The notes under the pieces are model-generated. The model made no database searches. It was not told the origin of the DNA and saw nothing but the letters and a program-made list of their open reading frames with translations. A stretch of 64,000 nt of DNA from Armatimonadota bacterium (GTDB taxonomy: Bacteria; Armatimonadota; Fimbriimonadia; Fimbriimonadales; Fimbriimonadaceae): positions 1 to 64,000 of the forward strand of contig JANNQV010000065.1 of assembly GCA_031400935.1 (NCBI GenBank), written 5' to 3'. Positions 45,849-58,430 of the stretch are shown piece by piece. Numbering within the stretch: the first letter of the stretch is position 1; each line of letters opens with the position of its first letter. Both the position numbers and the translations under genes were made by a program.

Positions 45849-46299
45849 ACCCAATTTTGTCTATTGAAGAAGCACTCTCCTTGCGGTCTGACAAGCGGCT
45901 TGTGTTTACAAATGGCGTTTTCGACGTTCTTCATGCGGGTCACATTTCGTACCTAAAGGAAGCGAGAGAACTTGGCGATTTGTTGATTGTTGGGCTCAAC
46001 TCGGACGAATCAGTACGACAGCTTGGCAAGGGACCCGATAGGCCTATTCATTGTTTGGAAGATCGAGCACTCGTTATTTCTTCGCTTCGATTAGTGGATG
46101 GAGTTGTCTCCTTCAACGAAACCGACCCGTGTAGCATCATTTCCGTACTCAAGCCAGAAATCCATGTGAAAGGAGGGGATTACGCTCCCGAAAACCTTCT
46201 CGAGGCCAAAATCATTCATGGCTATGGCGGAGAAATTGTGATCGTCCCATTACTTCCTGGACGATCTACAACCGAGATCGCAAAGCGGATTCGAGGCGA

Positions 46300-46303
<4 letters not shown>
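45845..46303 (+). CDS. rfaE2: ADP-heptose synthase adenylyltransferase domain (HldC/RfaE2)
   Basis: FTNGVFDVLHAGH, VGLNSDESVR, VKGGDY and GRSTT motifs. Confidence 0.92.
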
Positions 46304-48065
<1,762 letters not shown>

Positions 48066-48110
48066 CTATTTTCGGCAGATTTGGCCTCAATCATTAGGGT
48101 ATAGCAATCG

Positions 48111-49388
48111 CTATGTTGACTTCAAGACGTGAAGTGAAATGAGAAATCCGCATCCAATGCAAATAGCGCATCCCATGAATGGAGAATATCTTCCGAAATC
48201 AACTCCTAACGGTTGCAACTTTTCATACAACACTGAGCCGATTGGCATTCCAATGATGGCACCCAGCCCTTGAGCCGTCATGATGGCTCCGAGATTGACT
48301 GCGCGACGCTTTGGATTGATGTCGGCGACCGCTGCCATCCATGCAGGGATTGTAAGAAGGAAGCCAATTCCAACTGGAATGATCCCAATTGCCACGATGA
48401 ATGGATGCCTCAGAAACTGGAAGATCCCTCCAAGCGAAATCAAGACCATACCGATAGTGCAAAGCCCAAGACCGTAGTGAACGGCCTTTGCACGTCCCAT
48501 TTTTTCACCCAATTTCGACATGGGAACGCTCGAAACCGCCATTGCAAGTGCAGCAGGCAATGCCAAAAGACCGAATTGGGACTCACTCAGATGAAGCTGC
48601 TGTTCGCTGAAAAGCTTGACTATCGCCATCGGGAATCCGATGCCGATAAAACTTACTGCTGCTAGGGCGAGGAACCCAGGAATTTCTTTGATCGAACCTA
48701 ATACTGCCCAAATAGAGACATGCTCCTCAGTATCGTCGTCATGATCGTGACGCGGCTCAGATTTGATTCCAAAATAGGCAAGCAGCGACGCCCCCAGAAA
48801 CAGAACAGCGGCAAGAAACAAGGCGGGAGATCGTGCACCCGTAAAATTGGCGAACTGCGGTCCTAAAATGTCGTTTGCGGCTCCTCCGATTGGGAGGGCG
48901 AGGGCAATCCCAACGAGGTAGCACATGTTCAAAAGCGACATTGCATGCTGGCGCTTGCTATCTTCAACCATATCCCCAATGAGGGCAAAAGCCGCTGGCC
49001 AAAGAAGGGCTGCACCAATCCCATCCATTGCTCTCAGAATCATAAAAGAAATGGTTTCAAGATAGCCCGCGTTTTTGGGAATAAGCAAGGTCGCAATGGT
49101 TGTCATTACCGAAATGAACGGCCCGATGACGATCAGCCACTTTCTGCCAAACCGGTCAGCGATCGCCCCGCAGGGCCCTTTGAAAATGGCTTCGCAAAGC
49201 AGAAATGTCGCGATGATGAGCCCAATAACCGATGCGCCGAACTGTCTATCGTATTGCAGGTACACCGGCATTGTTGAGATATTTAGAACCGCATATGCGA
49301 TTTCCGCCATAAGAGCGATCCCCAATAGCATCGCAACTGACGGCTTTCTCAGCAAAGGGTCTTTGGCTATTTGGGGCAAATCCGGCAT
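48111..49388 (-). CDS. MFS transporter
   Basis: About 12 TM helices; motif A GAIADRFGRK. Confidence 0.9.
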   Translation of the reverse strand: MPDLPQIAKDPLLRKPSVAMLLGIALMAEIAYAVLNISTMPVYLQYDRQFGASVIGLIIATFLLCEAIFKGPCGAIADRFGRKWLIVIGPFISVMTTIATLLIPKNAGYLETISFMILRAMDGIGAALLWPAAFALIGDMVEDSKRQHAMSLLNMCYLVGIALALPIGGAANDILGPQFANFTGARSPALFLAAVLFLGASLLAYFGIKSEPRHDHDDDTEEHVSIWAVLGSIKEIPGFLALAAVSFIGIGFPMAIVKLFSEQQLHLSESQFGLLALPAALAMAVSSVPMSKLGEKMGRAKAVHYGLGLCTIGMVLISLGGIFQFLRHPFIVAIGIIPVGIGFLLTIPAWMAAVADINPKRRAVNLGAIMTAQGLGAIIGMPIGSVLYEKLQPLGVDFGRYSPFMGCAICIGCGFLISLHVLKST

Positions 49389-49523
49389 GATTGACTTCGG
49401 GAAAGGTTACCCCGTTGAAATTACTACGAATTCGGGATCAATTTGGTTCAAAATAAGGACACCTCGAGAAACGGTACCGTAGGCATTGGCGTAGAAACTT
49501 AGAACAAAGAGGTTGACCTACTT

Positions 49524-50474
49524 ATGACAACCGCAATAGTATCTGCTCTGTTAGTTGGACAACAGTTGACATCCATTTCTAGCAAGATAGATTTCAAGTA
49601 TCCAGGTGGGCTTTTGAATAGTCAGGGAACACATCTATTCGCCACACTTCATGTTTCTCGAACTAACCTTCAATCAGGCAAATGGAAGTACGACGGGTGG
49701 TTTCGTGCTGCAATCCATAGGGGCACACCACCGATTGCAGTTTCCAGAACGGAAAACCAAGCCCATTACGACACCGAAAACCTATTTTACGGCCCGCACG
49801 TGGTTGGAGATCATAATGGCCTGCGCGAATGCGATGTTTTAGACGCCATTGGTGAAAACAGAATTCTTGCCTGTGGGGAAACGAGATTAGGAGCGGATTC
49901 ACCTGAATATTTAGTATTGACCGAAATTAAAGCTGAATTTAGGCGGGGCAATCCGAACCACTCCTGGCTATTGATTTTGCCCGTAAAGTCTTGGGCAAGG
50001 CTTGGTTCGGCAAGATTTGTGGATGACAAGACCGTCGAGTTATGGGTTGCGGTGCGACGTGGGTTCAAATGGTCATTTGAGAAGTATTTGGGTAGTCGTG
50101 GGGGTGATTCACAGGGCTTAAAGTTGGTGGCGAGCGTTCCTCTAAAAAACTTTCCCGATTGTAGTATTGTCTGCAATACGTGGAATCCGATCGAAAAGTC
50201 GTTTGTAGCTACTGGCAGTACTTCTTCCGATTTCAACTTATACAATTCTGATGGCAAGGTGCTCAGATCATACAATCCACCCCAGACTGGAACGCCGGAA
50301 GGAAACCGGTTTATTGGCGAGACGCAGGCCGTCTGGGAGCTCATAATACACGACAGCAAGGTTCCCGGAGGAAAGAAGAATTGGATTCCGTTCGCTCGAG
50401 CTGCTAACAGCAAGATATGGCTTGTCAAGAGCAAATCACGGAACGAATTCAAGATTTTGAGAATGCCGAAATGA
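49524..50474 (+). CDS. Hypothetical exported protein
   Basis: 316-aa ORF filling the gap between MFS and rpsI, with a short hydrophobic N-terminus; ends before the shared terminator. Confidence 0.6.
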   Translation: MTTAIVSALLVGQQLTSISSKIDFKYPGGLLNSQGTHLFATLHVSRTNLQSGKWKYDGWFRAAIHRGTPPIAVSRTENQAHYDTENLFYGPHVVGDHNGLRECDVLDAIGENRILACGETRLGADSPEYLVLTEIKAEFRRGNPNHSWLLILPVKSWARLGSARFVDDKTVELWVAVRRGFKWSFEKYLGSRGGDSQGLKLVASVPLKNFPDCSIVCNTWNPIEKSFVATGSTSSDFNLYNSDGKVLRSYNPPQTGTPEGNRFIGETQAVWELIIHDSKVPGGKKNWIPFARAANSKIWLVKSKSRNEFKILRMPK

Positions 50475-50527
50475 CAACCTTGCTAACAGATCCCACTGTT
50501 CGTTGAATCGACATCAATAAACAAAAC

Positions 50528-50568
50528 AAAAAGCACCAGAGCCAATTTGGATCTGGTGCTTTGATTTT
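50528..50568. terminator. Bidirectional terminator ending the ribosomal operon
   Basis: AAAGCACCAGA-11nt-TCTGGTGCTTT with A/T tracts on both sides, between convergent genes. Confidence 0.8.
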
Positions 50569-50579
50569 GACAACGAAAC

Positions 50580-50975
50580 TTATCGCTTTACAAACTGGAA
50601 ACCACGTCGGGCTTTCTTTCGGCCGTACTTCTTGCGCTCTTTAATCCTTGAATCACGAGTCATGTACCCGCCAGCCCGAAGTTCTTTTCTCAAGTCGCTA
50701 TCGTATTCAACTAAGGCTCTGGAAATACCTAGCTTGACTGCACCAGCCTGTCCAGCAATTCCGCCACCTTTTGCCGTTGCGATTACGTCGAAATTTCCTT
50801 CCATCGCAAGATGAACCAATGGACTGTTCACCAAAATCTCTAGCACCGGCCTGCCCAAATAGTCCTTCATGGGTTTGCCATTGATCTTAACGTTGCCTTC
50901 GCCGCGCTTGATCCATACCCTAGCAATCGCGCATTTGCGACGCCCGGTACCATAGTAGGTTTCTGTTTTTGCCAT
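50580..50975 (-). CDS. rpsI: 30S ribosomal protein S9
   Basis: GTGRRK, GGGIAGQAGA and ERKKYG motifs. Confidence 0.98.
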   Translation of the reverse strand: MAKTETYYGTGRRKCAIARVWIKRGEGNVKINGKPMKDYLGRPVLEILVNSPLVHLAMEGNFDVIATAKGGGIAGQAGAVKLGISRALVEYDSDLRKELRAGGYMTRDSRIKERKKYGRKKARRGFQFVKR

Positions 50976-50978
50976 AAA

Positions 50979-51422
50979 TTATCTCAACTTCTTGGTGGTA
51001 TCTAAAACTTCTGGGTTTTGGGCAACGTGAGGATGTTCTCCACCTGCATACACCTTGCATCGCTTGTTTTGGGCTCTTCCTAAGAGCGTCTTAGGCATCA
51101 TGCCCCAAATTACTTTTTCGACAAGCTTTACAGGAGTGTCTTCCAGCATTTCGCCACGAGTGCGGCTACGAAGCCCATCTGGAAATCCTGTGTGCCAATA
51201 AATCAGTTCCTCGCCCTTGCGGCCGGTCAGCTTGATCTTATTTGCGTTCAAAACGATTACAAAATCGCCACAATCTGCGTTGTAAGAAAAATTCGGCTTA
51301 TGCTTGCCATGCAGAACTTGCGCCACTTGAGCAGCAAGTCGCCCTAAAGAAATTCCGGCAGCATCAACCACATACCATTTGTGGTCAATGTCTCCTTCCT
51401 TTACACTCGTCGTTCGGTTCAT
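50979..51422 (-). CDS. rplM: 50S ribosomal protein L13
   Basis: WYVVDAAG..LGRLA, GKHKP and HPHVAQNP motifs. Confidence 0.98.
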   Translation of the reverse strand: MNRTTSVKEGDIDHKWYVVDAAGISLGRLAAQVAQVLHGKHKPNFSYNADCGDFVIVLNANKIKLTGRKGEELIYWHTGFPDGLRSRTRGEMLEDTPVKLVEKVIWGMMPKTLLGRAQNKRCKVYAGGEHPHVAQNPEVLDTTKKLR

Positions 51423-51473
51423 ATTGTTTCCTTATCTTTCTGCGATTTCTCGCCAAAACTGTTTTTGACTTTG

Positions 51474-52265
51474 CTATTCGTCCTCGTCCTTTTCGTTCCG
51501 GATGTCCCTGATCTTTCTTCCGTACCTCACTTTCATGAGCATCAGACCGTTTGCAGGCAACACAACTGGCAAATCTTGCTCGTTTCTCCCTGATTCTAGA
51601 GTCAAATCGTGCAAACTCTCGCACGACCTCTTCCCCAAACCGGCTTCCATCAGTCCTCCGGCAATCCTTCGCATCATCCCGCGCAAAAATGCCGTTCCAA
51701 CTATGTCAATTCGAACTTCCCTACCTACGCGAGTGATCTCAATCTTTCGCATTTCTCGAAAGGTGTTCCCGTTCCCAGGCTCCAATTCCGCTGTGAAGGC
51801 TCGAAAGTCGTGCATTCCCAACAATCCCCTGCTTGCAATTTGCATCCGCTCGATATCGAGATTTTGCCATTGCAAGTAGCTGAATCTCTGCTCGACTGGA
51901 TTTCTAATCCCATCGCAGATTCGATACCGATACCACCTATCTCTCGCCGAAAATCTTGCATGAAACTCAGTTGAAACAAGTTTCAACTTTTGTATTGCAA
52001 CGTCCTTCGGCAGTAGGTCATTGATAGCCCGCATCCAACCATGTTCTGGAATTTTCACGCCGCTATCGAAGTGAAACACTTGTCCAATGGCATGAGCCCC
52101 AGCATCCGTTCTGCTTGCTGCTGCGATCTCGATTTCCTCGCCCGAGACCCTGCGAATAGCTTCTGTCAATGTGCTCTGAACTGTTCTCAGTCCAGCTTGC
52201 GACGCCCAGCCGCAAAAATCGGTGCCATCGTACGCGACGATAGCTTTTATTCTATTAATCCACAA
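51474..52265 (-). CDS. truA: tRNA pseudouridine(38-40) synthase
   Basis: AYDGTDFCGW, SRTDAGAHA, HARFSA and FLRGMMR; likely TTG start at 52265 overlapping the rplQ end. Confidence 0.93.
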   Translation of the reverse strand: MWINRIKAIVAYDGTDFCGWASQAGLRTVQSTLTEAIRRVSGEEIEIAAASRTDAGAHAIGQVFHFDSGVKIPEHGWMRAINDLLPKDVAIQKLKLVSTEFHARFSARDRWYRYRICDGIRNPVEQRFSYLQWQNLDIERMQIASRGLLGMHDFRAFTAELEPGNGNTFREMRKIEITRVGREVRIDIVGTAFLRGMMRRIAGGLMEAGLGKRSCESLHDLTLESGRNEQDLPVVLPANGLMLMKVRYGRKIRDIRNEKDEDE

Positions 52266-52704
52266 GTTCCAAAACCGCAATAGGAGCACCATCTCCACGT
52301 CGCGGCCCAATTTTAGTAATGCGTGTGCAACCACCTTGGCGATTCGCAAATCGAGGTGCAACTTCATCGAAAAGGTACTTAACCAAATCCTCGCCGTTCA
52401 CTGCGGATCGGCTGACTTTGATCGCCCACTTTTCGGATTCAGTTTTCCCAGCAAGTAATTTCGCGCTGATCGGAGTCGAAGCACAATGACCGACAAGCAA
52501 CTTTCGACACTGTCGCCTTGAAGCAAGTGTATCGTATTTTGCCAAGGTTATCAATCTCTCGACAATTCGCTGCGTTTCCTTTGCTCGGCCAAGAGGTGTG
52601 CGAATATATCCGTGCCGTATGAATTGGCGTGCCAAATTCGTGAGCAACGCTTTGCGTTGGTCACTAGGCAATCCAAGTTTGCGGCGGTCTACTAAGTGTC
52701 TCAT
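52255..52704 (-). CDS. rplQ: 50S ribosomal protein L17
   Basis: MRHLVDRRKLG, RQGGCTRI and RRGDGAP motifs. Confidence 0.96.
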   Translation of the reverse strand: MRHLVDRRKLGLPSDQRKALLTNLARQFIRHGYIRTPLGRAKETQRIVERLITLAKYDTLASRRQCRKLLVGHCASTPISAKLLAGKTESEKWAIKVSRSAVNGEDLVKYLFDEVAPRFANRQGGCTRITKIGPRRGDGAPIAVLELVD

Positions 52705-52716
52705 CTTTTCAAATCC

Positions 52717-53718
52717 TTAGAAATCGTCGTCGTCATCTTCGTCGTCATCCATCAGGTCAATGGCTCTGTAACCGCCTTTCGGTGGCTTAAGCGCCAAGTC
52801 GTGCTCGGCAAGCTTGTCACGAACTTCAACCAGTGACTTCTTACCGAAGCCACGGATGGTCGTCAAATCGTTTTCAGAAGCTGTTGCCAATGCCCGTAGG
52901 GTCAAAAGGCCGGCTCTGCGAAGACAGTTAAATGTTCGCTGAGAAAAATCGAGTTCTTCAATCCGCATTTCTGGGATGTTCGCCAATTCCGGTGCTTCAT
53001 CGTCTTCGAGCATAAGGTCCGATTCAAAGCCAGCGCGACCAAGCTCAAAGAACATCTTGAAGTATTTGTCAAGAATGTGAGCAGCTTGCGTAATGCAGTC
53101 GTTTGGAGTAACCGCACCGTTTGTCCAGACTTCTAGCACCAAGCGTTCATAGTCGGTTCGCATTCCAACGCGGGTTGCTTCGACAATATAGTTCACTCTT
53201 TTGACCGGTGTGTATTGCGCGCCGCAGGTAATGATTCCGATCATTCCCTTATATTTGTCTTGCTTGTCTGGAAGCGTGTAGCCTGAACCCCAGCCAACAT
53301 ACATTTCCATCGAAAGCTTCGAATCTTTTTCGCTCAATGTGCAAATGTAGGCTTCTGGATTGGCGACGGAAATGCCTTCTGGGCATTTGACATCGGCTCC
53401 GGTAACTCGCCCAGGTCCTTTCACATCAATTCGAACGGTTTTGTCTTCTAAAGGTAGTCCGTTTTCAACGTCAATGCAGATTGCCAAGTCTTTCAGGTTC
53501 AAAAGAAGCTGAGTTGTATCTTCCTTTGCGCCAGGAATGACATCGAATTCGTGAAAAACTTTGTCAATTCGAACCGCGCTAACTGCGGCACCTTGAATTG
53601 ATGAAAGCATTACGCGGCGCAATGCATTGCCGATCGTTTGGCCGTAGCCCCTTTCGAGGGGTTCGACAACGAATTTGCGGTAGTTATGGCTGACTTCTAG
53701 AGTTGTAATGTGAGGCAT
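52717..53718 (-). CDS. rpoA: RNA polymerase alpha subunit
   Basis: EPLERGYGQTIGNALRRVMLSSI and alphaCTD IEELDFSQRTFNCLRRAG...GFGKKS; likely start ATG at 53718. Confidence 0.97.
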   Translation of the reverse strand: MPHITTLEVSHNYRKFVVEPLERGYGQTIGNALRRVMLSSIQGAAVSAVRIDKVFHEFDVIPGAKEDTTQLLLNLKDLAICIDVENGLPLEDKTVRIDVKGPGRVTGADVKCPEGISVANPEAYICTLSEKDSKLSMEMYVGWGSGYTLPDKQDKYKGMIGIITCGAQYTPVKRVNYIVEATRVGMRTDYERLVLEVWTNGAVTPNDCITQAAHILDKYFKMFFELGRAGFESDLMLEDDEAPELANIPEMRIEELDFSQRTFNCLRRAGLLTLRALATASENDLTTIRGFGKKSLVEVRDKLAEHDLALKPPKGGYRAIDLMDDDEDDDDDF

Positions 53719-53761
53719 GGTAATTGGGTTACTAGGTAATTTGGTTGAAGGGTGAGTAGGT

Positions 53762-54151
53762 TTAGACTCGGCGTCGTTTGGGAGGCTTGCAGCCATTGTG
53801 GGGAACGCTGGTCATGTCAGTTATGGACACAACTTCGAGTCCGCTGGCGGAAAGTGCGCGAATTGCAGTTTCTCGACCTGATCCCGGACCAGAAATATGA
53901 ACATCAACTTTTCGCATTCCATGCTCTTGTGCAGCTCGTGAAGCCTTTTCGGCGGCAACTTGAGCAGCAAACGGAGTTCCTTTCCTACTGCCTTTGAAGT
54001 TGACCAATCCAGCGCTGCCCCAACTGATCGTGTTGCCTTGCGGGTCTGTAATCGTGATCAAAGTGTTATTGAAGGAAGCATGAACGTGCGCAATCCCTAG
54101 CGGAACGTTCTTTTTTTCCTTTGTTTTGCCTCGTGAAACTTTTCGTGCCAT
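53762..54151 (-). CDS. rpsK: 30S ribosomal protein S11
   Basis: [17 protein letters not shown] and [13 protein letters not shown] motifs. Confidence 0.98.
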   Translation of the reverse strand: MARKVSRGKTKEKKNVPLGIAHVHASFNNTLITITDPQGNTISWGSAGLVNFKGSRKGTPFAAQVAAEKASRAAQEHGMRKVDVHISGPGSGRETAIRALSASGLEVVSITDMTSVPHNGCKPPKRRRV

Positions 54152-54179
54152 ATGTGCTTTTTCTCAGGTTGAAATTGTC

Positions 54180-54557
54180 TTACTTCTTGGCTTTCTTCTT
54201 GCCTGCAACTGTCTTCGCCTTGCCCTTTCGAGTTCGTGCGTTGCTGCGGGTGCGTTGGCCACGAGTGGGAAGTCCTCTTCGGTGCCGTAATCCTCGATAG
54301 GAATTAATTTCGATTAATCGGCGGATGTTCGTATTGACTTCTCGTCGAAGGTCGCCTTCGACCGTATAGTCTCGGTCAATGACCTCGCGGAGTCTGGCGA
54401 CGTCTGCTTCGCTTAAGTCCTTCACTTTTCGGCGAGGATCAACTTCGGCTTTTGCTAGAACTTCGACAACATTATGCTTGCCAATTCCATAAAGGATAGG
54501 TAAAGCATATTGAATTGATTTGTCTCTTGGAAGGTCAACACCTGCAATACGTGCCAT
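54180..54557 (-). CDS. rpsM: 30S ribosomal protein S13
   Basis: [10 protein letters not shown] and [14 protein letters not shown] motifs. Confidence 0.98.
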   Translation of the reverse strand: MARIAGVDLPRDKSIQYALPILYGIGKHNVVEVLAKAEVDPRRKVKDLSEADVARLREVIDRDYTVEGDLRREVNTNIRRLIEINSYRGLRHRRGLPTRGQRTRSNARTRKGKAKTVAGKKKAKK

Positions 54558-54580
54558 ATATCTTCGTCTTTGCTCCTAGT

Positions 54581-54694
54581 TTAGCCCTGGCGTTGCTTGT
54601 GTTTCGCAACCACGCAAAGTACCCTCACCACGCCTTTGCGTTTGATGATTTTGCACTTGTCGCACATTTTTTTTACACTAGCCCGAACTTTCAT
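54581..54694 (-). CDS. rpmJ: 50S ribosomal protein L36 (Zn-ribbon form)
   Basis: Below the ORF-track cutoff; manual translation [37 protein letters not shown]. Confidence 0.97.
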   Translation of the reverse strand: MKVRASVKKMCDKCKIIKRKGVVRVLCVVAKHKQRQG

Positions 54695-54856
54695 GGTCAA
54701 ACAGTCCCTAATCTCGCGTCCTAAATTCAAGCCGAAGTTGTTCGGCACGCGGACGATTTCGTCCGCTAAGCTGACGCGAAGGAAGATTATACCAAAGGAT
54801 GCTATAGGATTGCATCCCCGTTGTCATTCTTGTGAGCTTTTGCAGAATTCGCCGCT

Positions 54857-55123
54857 CTACTTAAACCGGTACACAATACGGCCCTTTGTAAGGTCATAAG
54901 GTGAAAGCTCGACTTTGACTTTGTCACCAGGCAGAATTCGAATGTAGTGCATTCGCATTTTGCCGCTTACGTGCGCCAAAACCTCAATGTCCCCTTCAAC
55001 CAATTTCACTCGAAATCGAGCGTTTGGAAGGTTTTCGACAACCATTCCCTCGACCTCGATTCCTTCTTCTTTGTCGGGCTCAACTTGTTGTTTTTTCTTT
55101 TGTGTGAACGGTCTTCTTCCCAT
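54857..55123 (-). CDS. infA: Translation initiation factor IF-1
   Basis: [18 protein letters not shown]...[17 protein letters not shown]...YDLTKGRI. Confidence 0.97.
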   Translation of the reverse strand: MGRRPFTQKKKQQVEPDKEEGIEVEGMVVENLPNARFRVKLVEGDIEVLAHVSGKMRMHYIRILPGDKVKVELSPYDLTKGRIVYRFK

Positions 55124-55227
55124 ATATTGTAATCATTGTGGCACTTCCGAGTCGCGCCGTGGTTCGTGTTTTTCAAAAGTGTAAACGTCTTGGTGGGGAA
55201 ATTTGGACATATTTGATCAAGCAACGC

Positions 55228-55977
55228 CTACAATATGGTCAACAGAATCGGCCCAGACTCGGTAATCGCCACCGTATGCTCGAAATGAGCAGAAGGCTTG
55301 CCGTCCGTAGTTACAATTGTCCAGCCATCGTCCAAAGTGATTACTCTGTGCGTTCCCAAGTTAATCATTGGCTCGATACAAAATGTCATTCCTGGTACGA
55401 TTTTTTGCCCAGTTTTTGGTTTACCGAAATTTGGAACGCTTGGTTCTTCATGCAATGCTCTGCCAATCCCATGCCCAACCATTTCACGAACAACGCCATA
55501 CCGATTGGACTCCGCATATCGCTGAACCACAAAACCGATGTCTCCCAGACGGTTCCCAGCCCGAGCCTTTGCAATCCCTTGCGCCAAACATTCTTTTGTA
55601 ACTGCCAATAGGCGTTGAAGTTCAGTTGAAATCGTTCCCACAGGCACAGTCAATGCTGAATCAGCATGCCACCCGTTTAAGCAGACTCCGATATCAAGGT
55701 CAATAATGTCGCCTTCTTTGAGCACCCGTTTTGAAGATGGAATTCCGTGAATAACCTCTTCATTTATGGATAGACACGTACTAGCTGGATAGCCCCGATA
55801 GTTCAGAAAGCTGGCGGATGCGCCCGCTTTTGCAACGATTCCGACTGCAATCGAATCAAGTTCAGCCGTTGTAACTCCTGGAGCGACTGCCTCAGCCATT
55901 GCTGCGATGGCCTGAGCAACAATTCTCCCAGATTCACGCATCTGCTCAATTTCAGGTCCAGTTTTCAAGCTGATCAA
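55228..55977 (-). CDS. map: Methionine aminopeptidase type I
   Basis: SINEEVIHGIP, GHGIG..LHE, EPMIN and SAHFEHTV motifs. Confidence 0.97.
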   Translation of the reverse strand: MISLKTGPEIEQMRESGRIVAQAIAAMAEAVAPGVTTAELDSIAVGIVAKAGASASFLNYRGYPASTCLSINEEVIHGIPSSKRVLKEGDIIDLDIGVCLNGWHADSALTVPVGTISTELQRLLAVTKECLAQGIAKARAGNRLGDIGFVVQRYAESNRYGVVREMVGHGIGRALHEEPSVPNFGKPKTGQKIVPGMTFCIEPMINLGTHRVITLDDGWTIVTTDGKPSAHFEHTVAITESGPILLTIL

Positions 55978-56621
55978 GGCTTAATTCCTTGTAAGATCGC
56001 TTCGTAAACGCCTTCAGGATCAAGTGCCCCATTTACCGTAACCAATAGGTTTTGGGTTGCGTAGTGATCAATGACGGGTTGCGTGTTCTCGCGAAACACC
56101 CGAAGTCTTTCGCGAATTGTATCGGGCTGGTCGTCTGTACGTACGAAAAGTGGGCTGTTGCATTTGTCACAAAATTCCTCTCGCTTCGGAGGCTTTGAAT
56201 CTCGGTGGTAAATCTCTCCGCATCGTGTGCAGCCGAGTCGGCCACTCAATCGTTGCACCACAACTTCGTCATCCACTTCAATGCTTACAACCAAATCAAT
56301 GGGAAGCCCAATATCGTGAAGCATTTTGTCCAGTGCTTCAGCTTGGCGAACGGTTCTGGGAAATCCATCAAGTAGGAAACCTTTCTTTCGAGCCTCGTGT
56401 GAGCGAATCCGTTTCGACATCATTTCAATAGTGATTCCGCTTGGGACTAGTTCGCCGCGATCAATGTAGCTCTTTGCCAGCCTTCCAAGATCAGTTTCAG
56501 CTTCAATTTCGGCTCTGAAAATCATGCCTGACGAAAGCTGTTTTATGCCCAAACGAGATTCAAGTAGTGCCGCCTGAGTTCCCTTTCCAACACCTGGTGG
56601 TCCAATCAGAATCAGTCTCAC
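55974..56621 (-). CDS. adk: Adenylate kinase (Zn-lid type)
   Basis: GPPGVGKGTQ, LDGFPRT and CTRC...CDKC. Confidence 0.97.
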   Translation of the reverse strand: MRLILIGPPGVGKGTQAALLESRLGIKQLSSGMIFRAEIEAETDLGRLAKSYIDRGELVPSGITIEMMSKRIRSHEARKKGFLLDGFPRTVRQAEALDKMLHDIGLPIDLVVSIEVDDEVVVQRLSGRLGCTRCGEIYHRDSKPPKREEFCDKCNSPLFVRTDDQPDTIRERLRVFRENTQPVIDHYATQNLLVTVNGALDPEGVYEAILQGIKP

Positions 56622-56631
56622 GTCAGCTTCC

Positions 56632-57990
56632 TTACTGCCCGTATTGCTTCATCAAGATATTGGCTTCGATCTGCCGCATGGTTTCCAAAGCTACGCTAAC
56701 GAGAATTAGCAACGAAGTGCCAAAAAATGCGCCAGTTCCCTGAATTCCTGTGAAGGTCGGTGCCATGGCTTGCATCAATGCAACTACTGCCAAGAATCCT
56801 GCGCCTACGATTGTGATTCGAGAAATTACGCCATCCAGAAAGTCGCGGGTTTGTTTGCCAGGTCGAATGCCAGGTATGAACGATCCTGATCGCTTCAGGT
56901 TATCGGCTAAGTCGTCAACGTTATATTGAATTGCAGTATAAAAATATGTGAAGAACAAAATGAGTGCGGTAAATGCAAAGCACCCAATGATTCCTTCGGG
57001 AATCATGTCTGACGGCGCGATAAAGTCGTTAAATCGAATCAGCCCGTCGCGTAATGGAGAGTTTAATGGCATCATCGAAGCAAATTGCTGAGGCATATAA
57101 ACTAGCGAGAACGCAAAGATAATCGGAATCACGCCAGCCAAATTAAGAGAAAGCGGCAAATAGTTCGTTTGCCCGCCAACCTGGCGAGTACCGATTTGCC
57201 TACGCATGTGTTGTATCGGAATTCGTCTTTGCGCCGTCGTAAAGTGAACGATCAACCATGTGATCGCAAGGAAAATCACAGCGAGAACGATCAATTGCCA
57301 AACGGAAGTGAATCCCGCCGTATAGCTATCGTAAATCGTGCCCAATTGACCTGGCAAGGAAATTACAATTCCTGCGAAAATCATCATCGAAACGCCGTTG
57401 CCGATGCCTTTCTCAGTAAGTTGTTCACCTAGCCAAAGCAAGAACATAGAACCGGCCGTCCAGAACAATAAGATGCTGGATCGTTCAAATAGCGAAAGAG
57501 TAACTGCCGATCCCATTGCTTGAATTAAGCCTCCTCCCTGGAAGAAACATAAAACAAGTGTCAGAATTTTCGTTCTTTTGTTCTGCTGCTGACGCGCATA
57601 TTGCCCGCCTTCTTGCATTTCCTTTTTCAGGCTAGGAATTGCAGTCGTTACAATTTGCATTACGATAGATGCTGTAATGTACGGGTTCAAACCAAGCGCG
57701 AAAATTGACATTTTCTTCAACGCGCCGCCACCAAATGCGTCGAGCATGCGAAACATGTCGAGCTTCATCAGCTTGTCCATCAGTTCAGAACTTGTAAGCC
57801 CTTCCACCGGGATCGAGATATTCACGCCAAGCGCAAAAACCGCGAAAATGAACATTACAAACAGGATTCTTTGACGCAGGTCTGGGTCGGCCCAGGCTTG
57901 GCGCATGGTTTCCATCAAAGGAAGTTTTAGTCCTTTGTCACCCGGCCCACCAAATCCGCCGCCGCCGCCGCCGCCAAAGACCGAGCTCAC
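56632..57990 (-). CDS. secY: Preprotein translocase SecY
   Basis: [30 protein letters not shown] and GTSLLILV motifs. Confidence 0.98.
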   Translation of the reverse strand: MSSVFGGGGGGGFGGPGDKGLKLPLMETMRQAWADPDLRQRILFVMFIFAVFALGVNISIPVEGLTSSELMDKLMKLDMFRMLDAFGGGALKKMSIFALGLNPYITASIVMQIVTTAIPSLKKEMQEGGQYARQQQNKRTKILTLVLCFFQGGGLIQAMGSAVTLSLFERSSILLFWTAGSMFLLWLGEQLTEKGIGNGVSMMIFAGIVISLPGQLGTIYDSYTAGFTSVWQLIVLAVIFLAITWLIVHFTTAQRRIPIQHMRRQIGTRQVGGQTNYLPLSLNLAGVIPIIFAFSLVYMPQQFASMMPLNSPLRDGLIRFNDFIAPSDMIPEGIIGCFAFTALILFFTYFYTAIQYNVDDLADNLKRSGSFIPGIRPGKQTRDFLDGVISRITIVGAGFLAVVALMQAMAPTFTGIQGTGAFFGTSLLILVSVALETMRQIEANILMKQYGQ

Positions 57991-58427
57991 AGCGTTATAA
58001 CTTCTCCGCCCGCCTTTTCAATCGCATCTTGAGCTGCTTTGCTAAACTTGTGTGCTGATACCTTCAGCTTTTTAGAAACTGTTCCAAAGCCCAAAATCTT
58101 AACGCCGTCTTTGATTCCAGAAATGATTCCGGTCTTGATCAGCGTTTTTGGATTTACTTCATCGCCCTTTTCGAACAATTTTTCCAAATCGTCCAAATTG
58201 ACAATCGCAAATTCCTTATGATTGATGTTGCGAAAGCCCTTCTTTACAGGCAATCGTCTTTGAATCGGCGTTTGTCCACCTTCAAAATTCGGGTGAATCT
58301 GCCGCCGAGCCTTTTGTCCTTTTGTTCCGCGAGTTGCGGTTTTGCCCATTCCCGAGCCGATACCACGAGCGATTCTTCGCTTGCGTTTCGTACTTCCCGG
58401 TGCGGGTTTAAAATCTTGGAGTCCCAT
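57987..58427 (-). CDS. rplO: 50S ribosomal protein L15
   Basis: [14 protein letters not shown] and FEGGQTPI motifs. Confidence 0.98.
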   Translation of the reverse strand: MGLQDFKPAPGSTKRKRRIARGIGSGMGKTATRGTKGQKARRQIHPNFEGGQTPIQRRLPVKKGFRNINHKEFAIVNLDDLEKLFEKGDEVNPKTLIKTGIISGIKDGVKILGFGTVSKKLKVSAHKFSKAAQDAIEKAGGEVITL

Positions 58428-58430
58428 TGT

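Noticed and set aside
49811..50452. 213-aa minus-strand ORF
   Set aside because: Antisense to the longer 316-aa plus-strand ORF, which fits the gap and the terminator better; no recognisable motif.
53719..53796. 26-aa N-terminal extension of RpoA (similarly the track starts of truA, rplF, rpsN, rpmD and the GT9 genes)
   Set aside because: Longest-ORF artefacts overlapping upstream genes; downstream starts match the family N-termini.
55124..55227. Small KOW/L14e-like gene between map and infA
   Set aside because: Only ~100 nt with no convincing ORF; more likely an infA promoter region.
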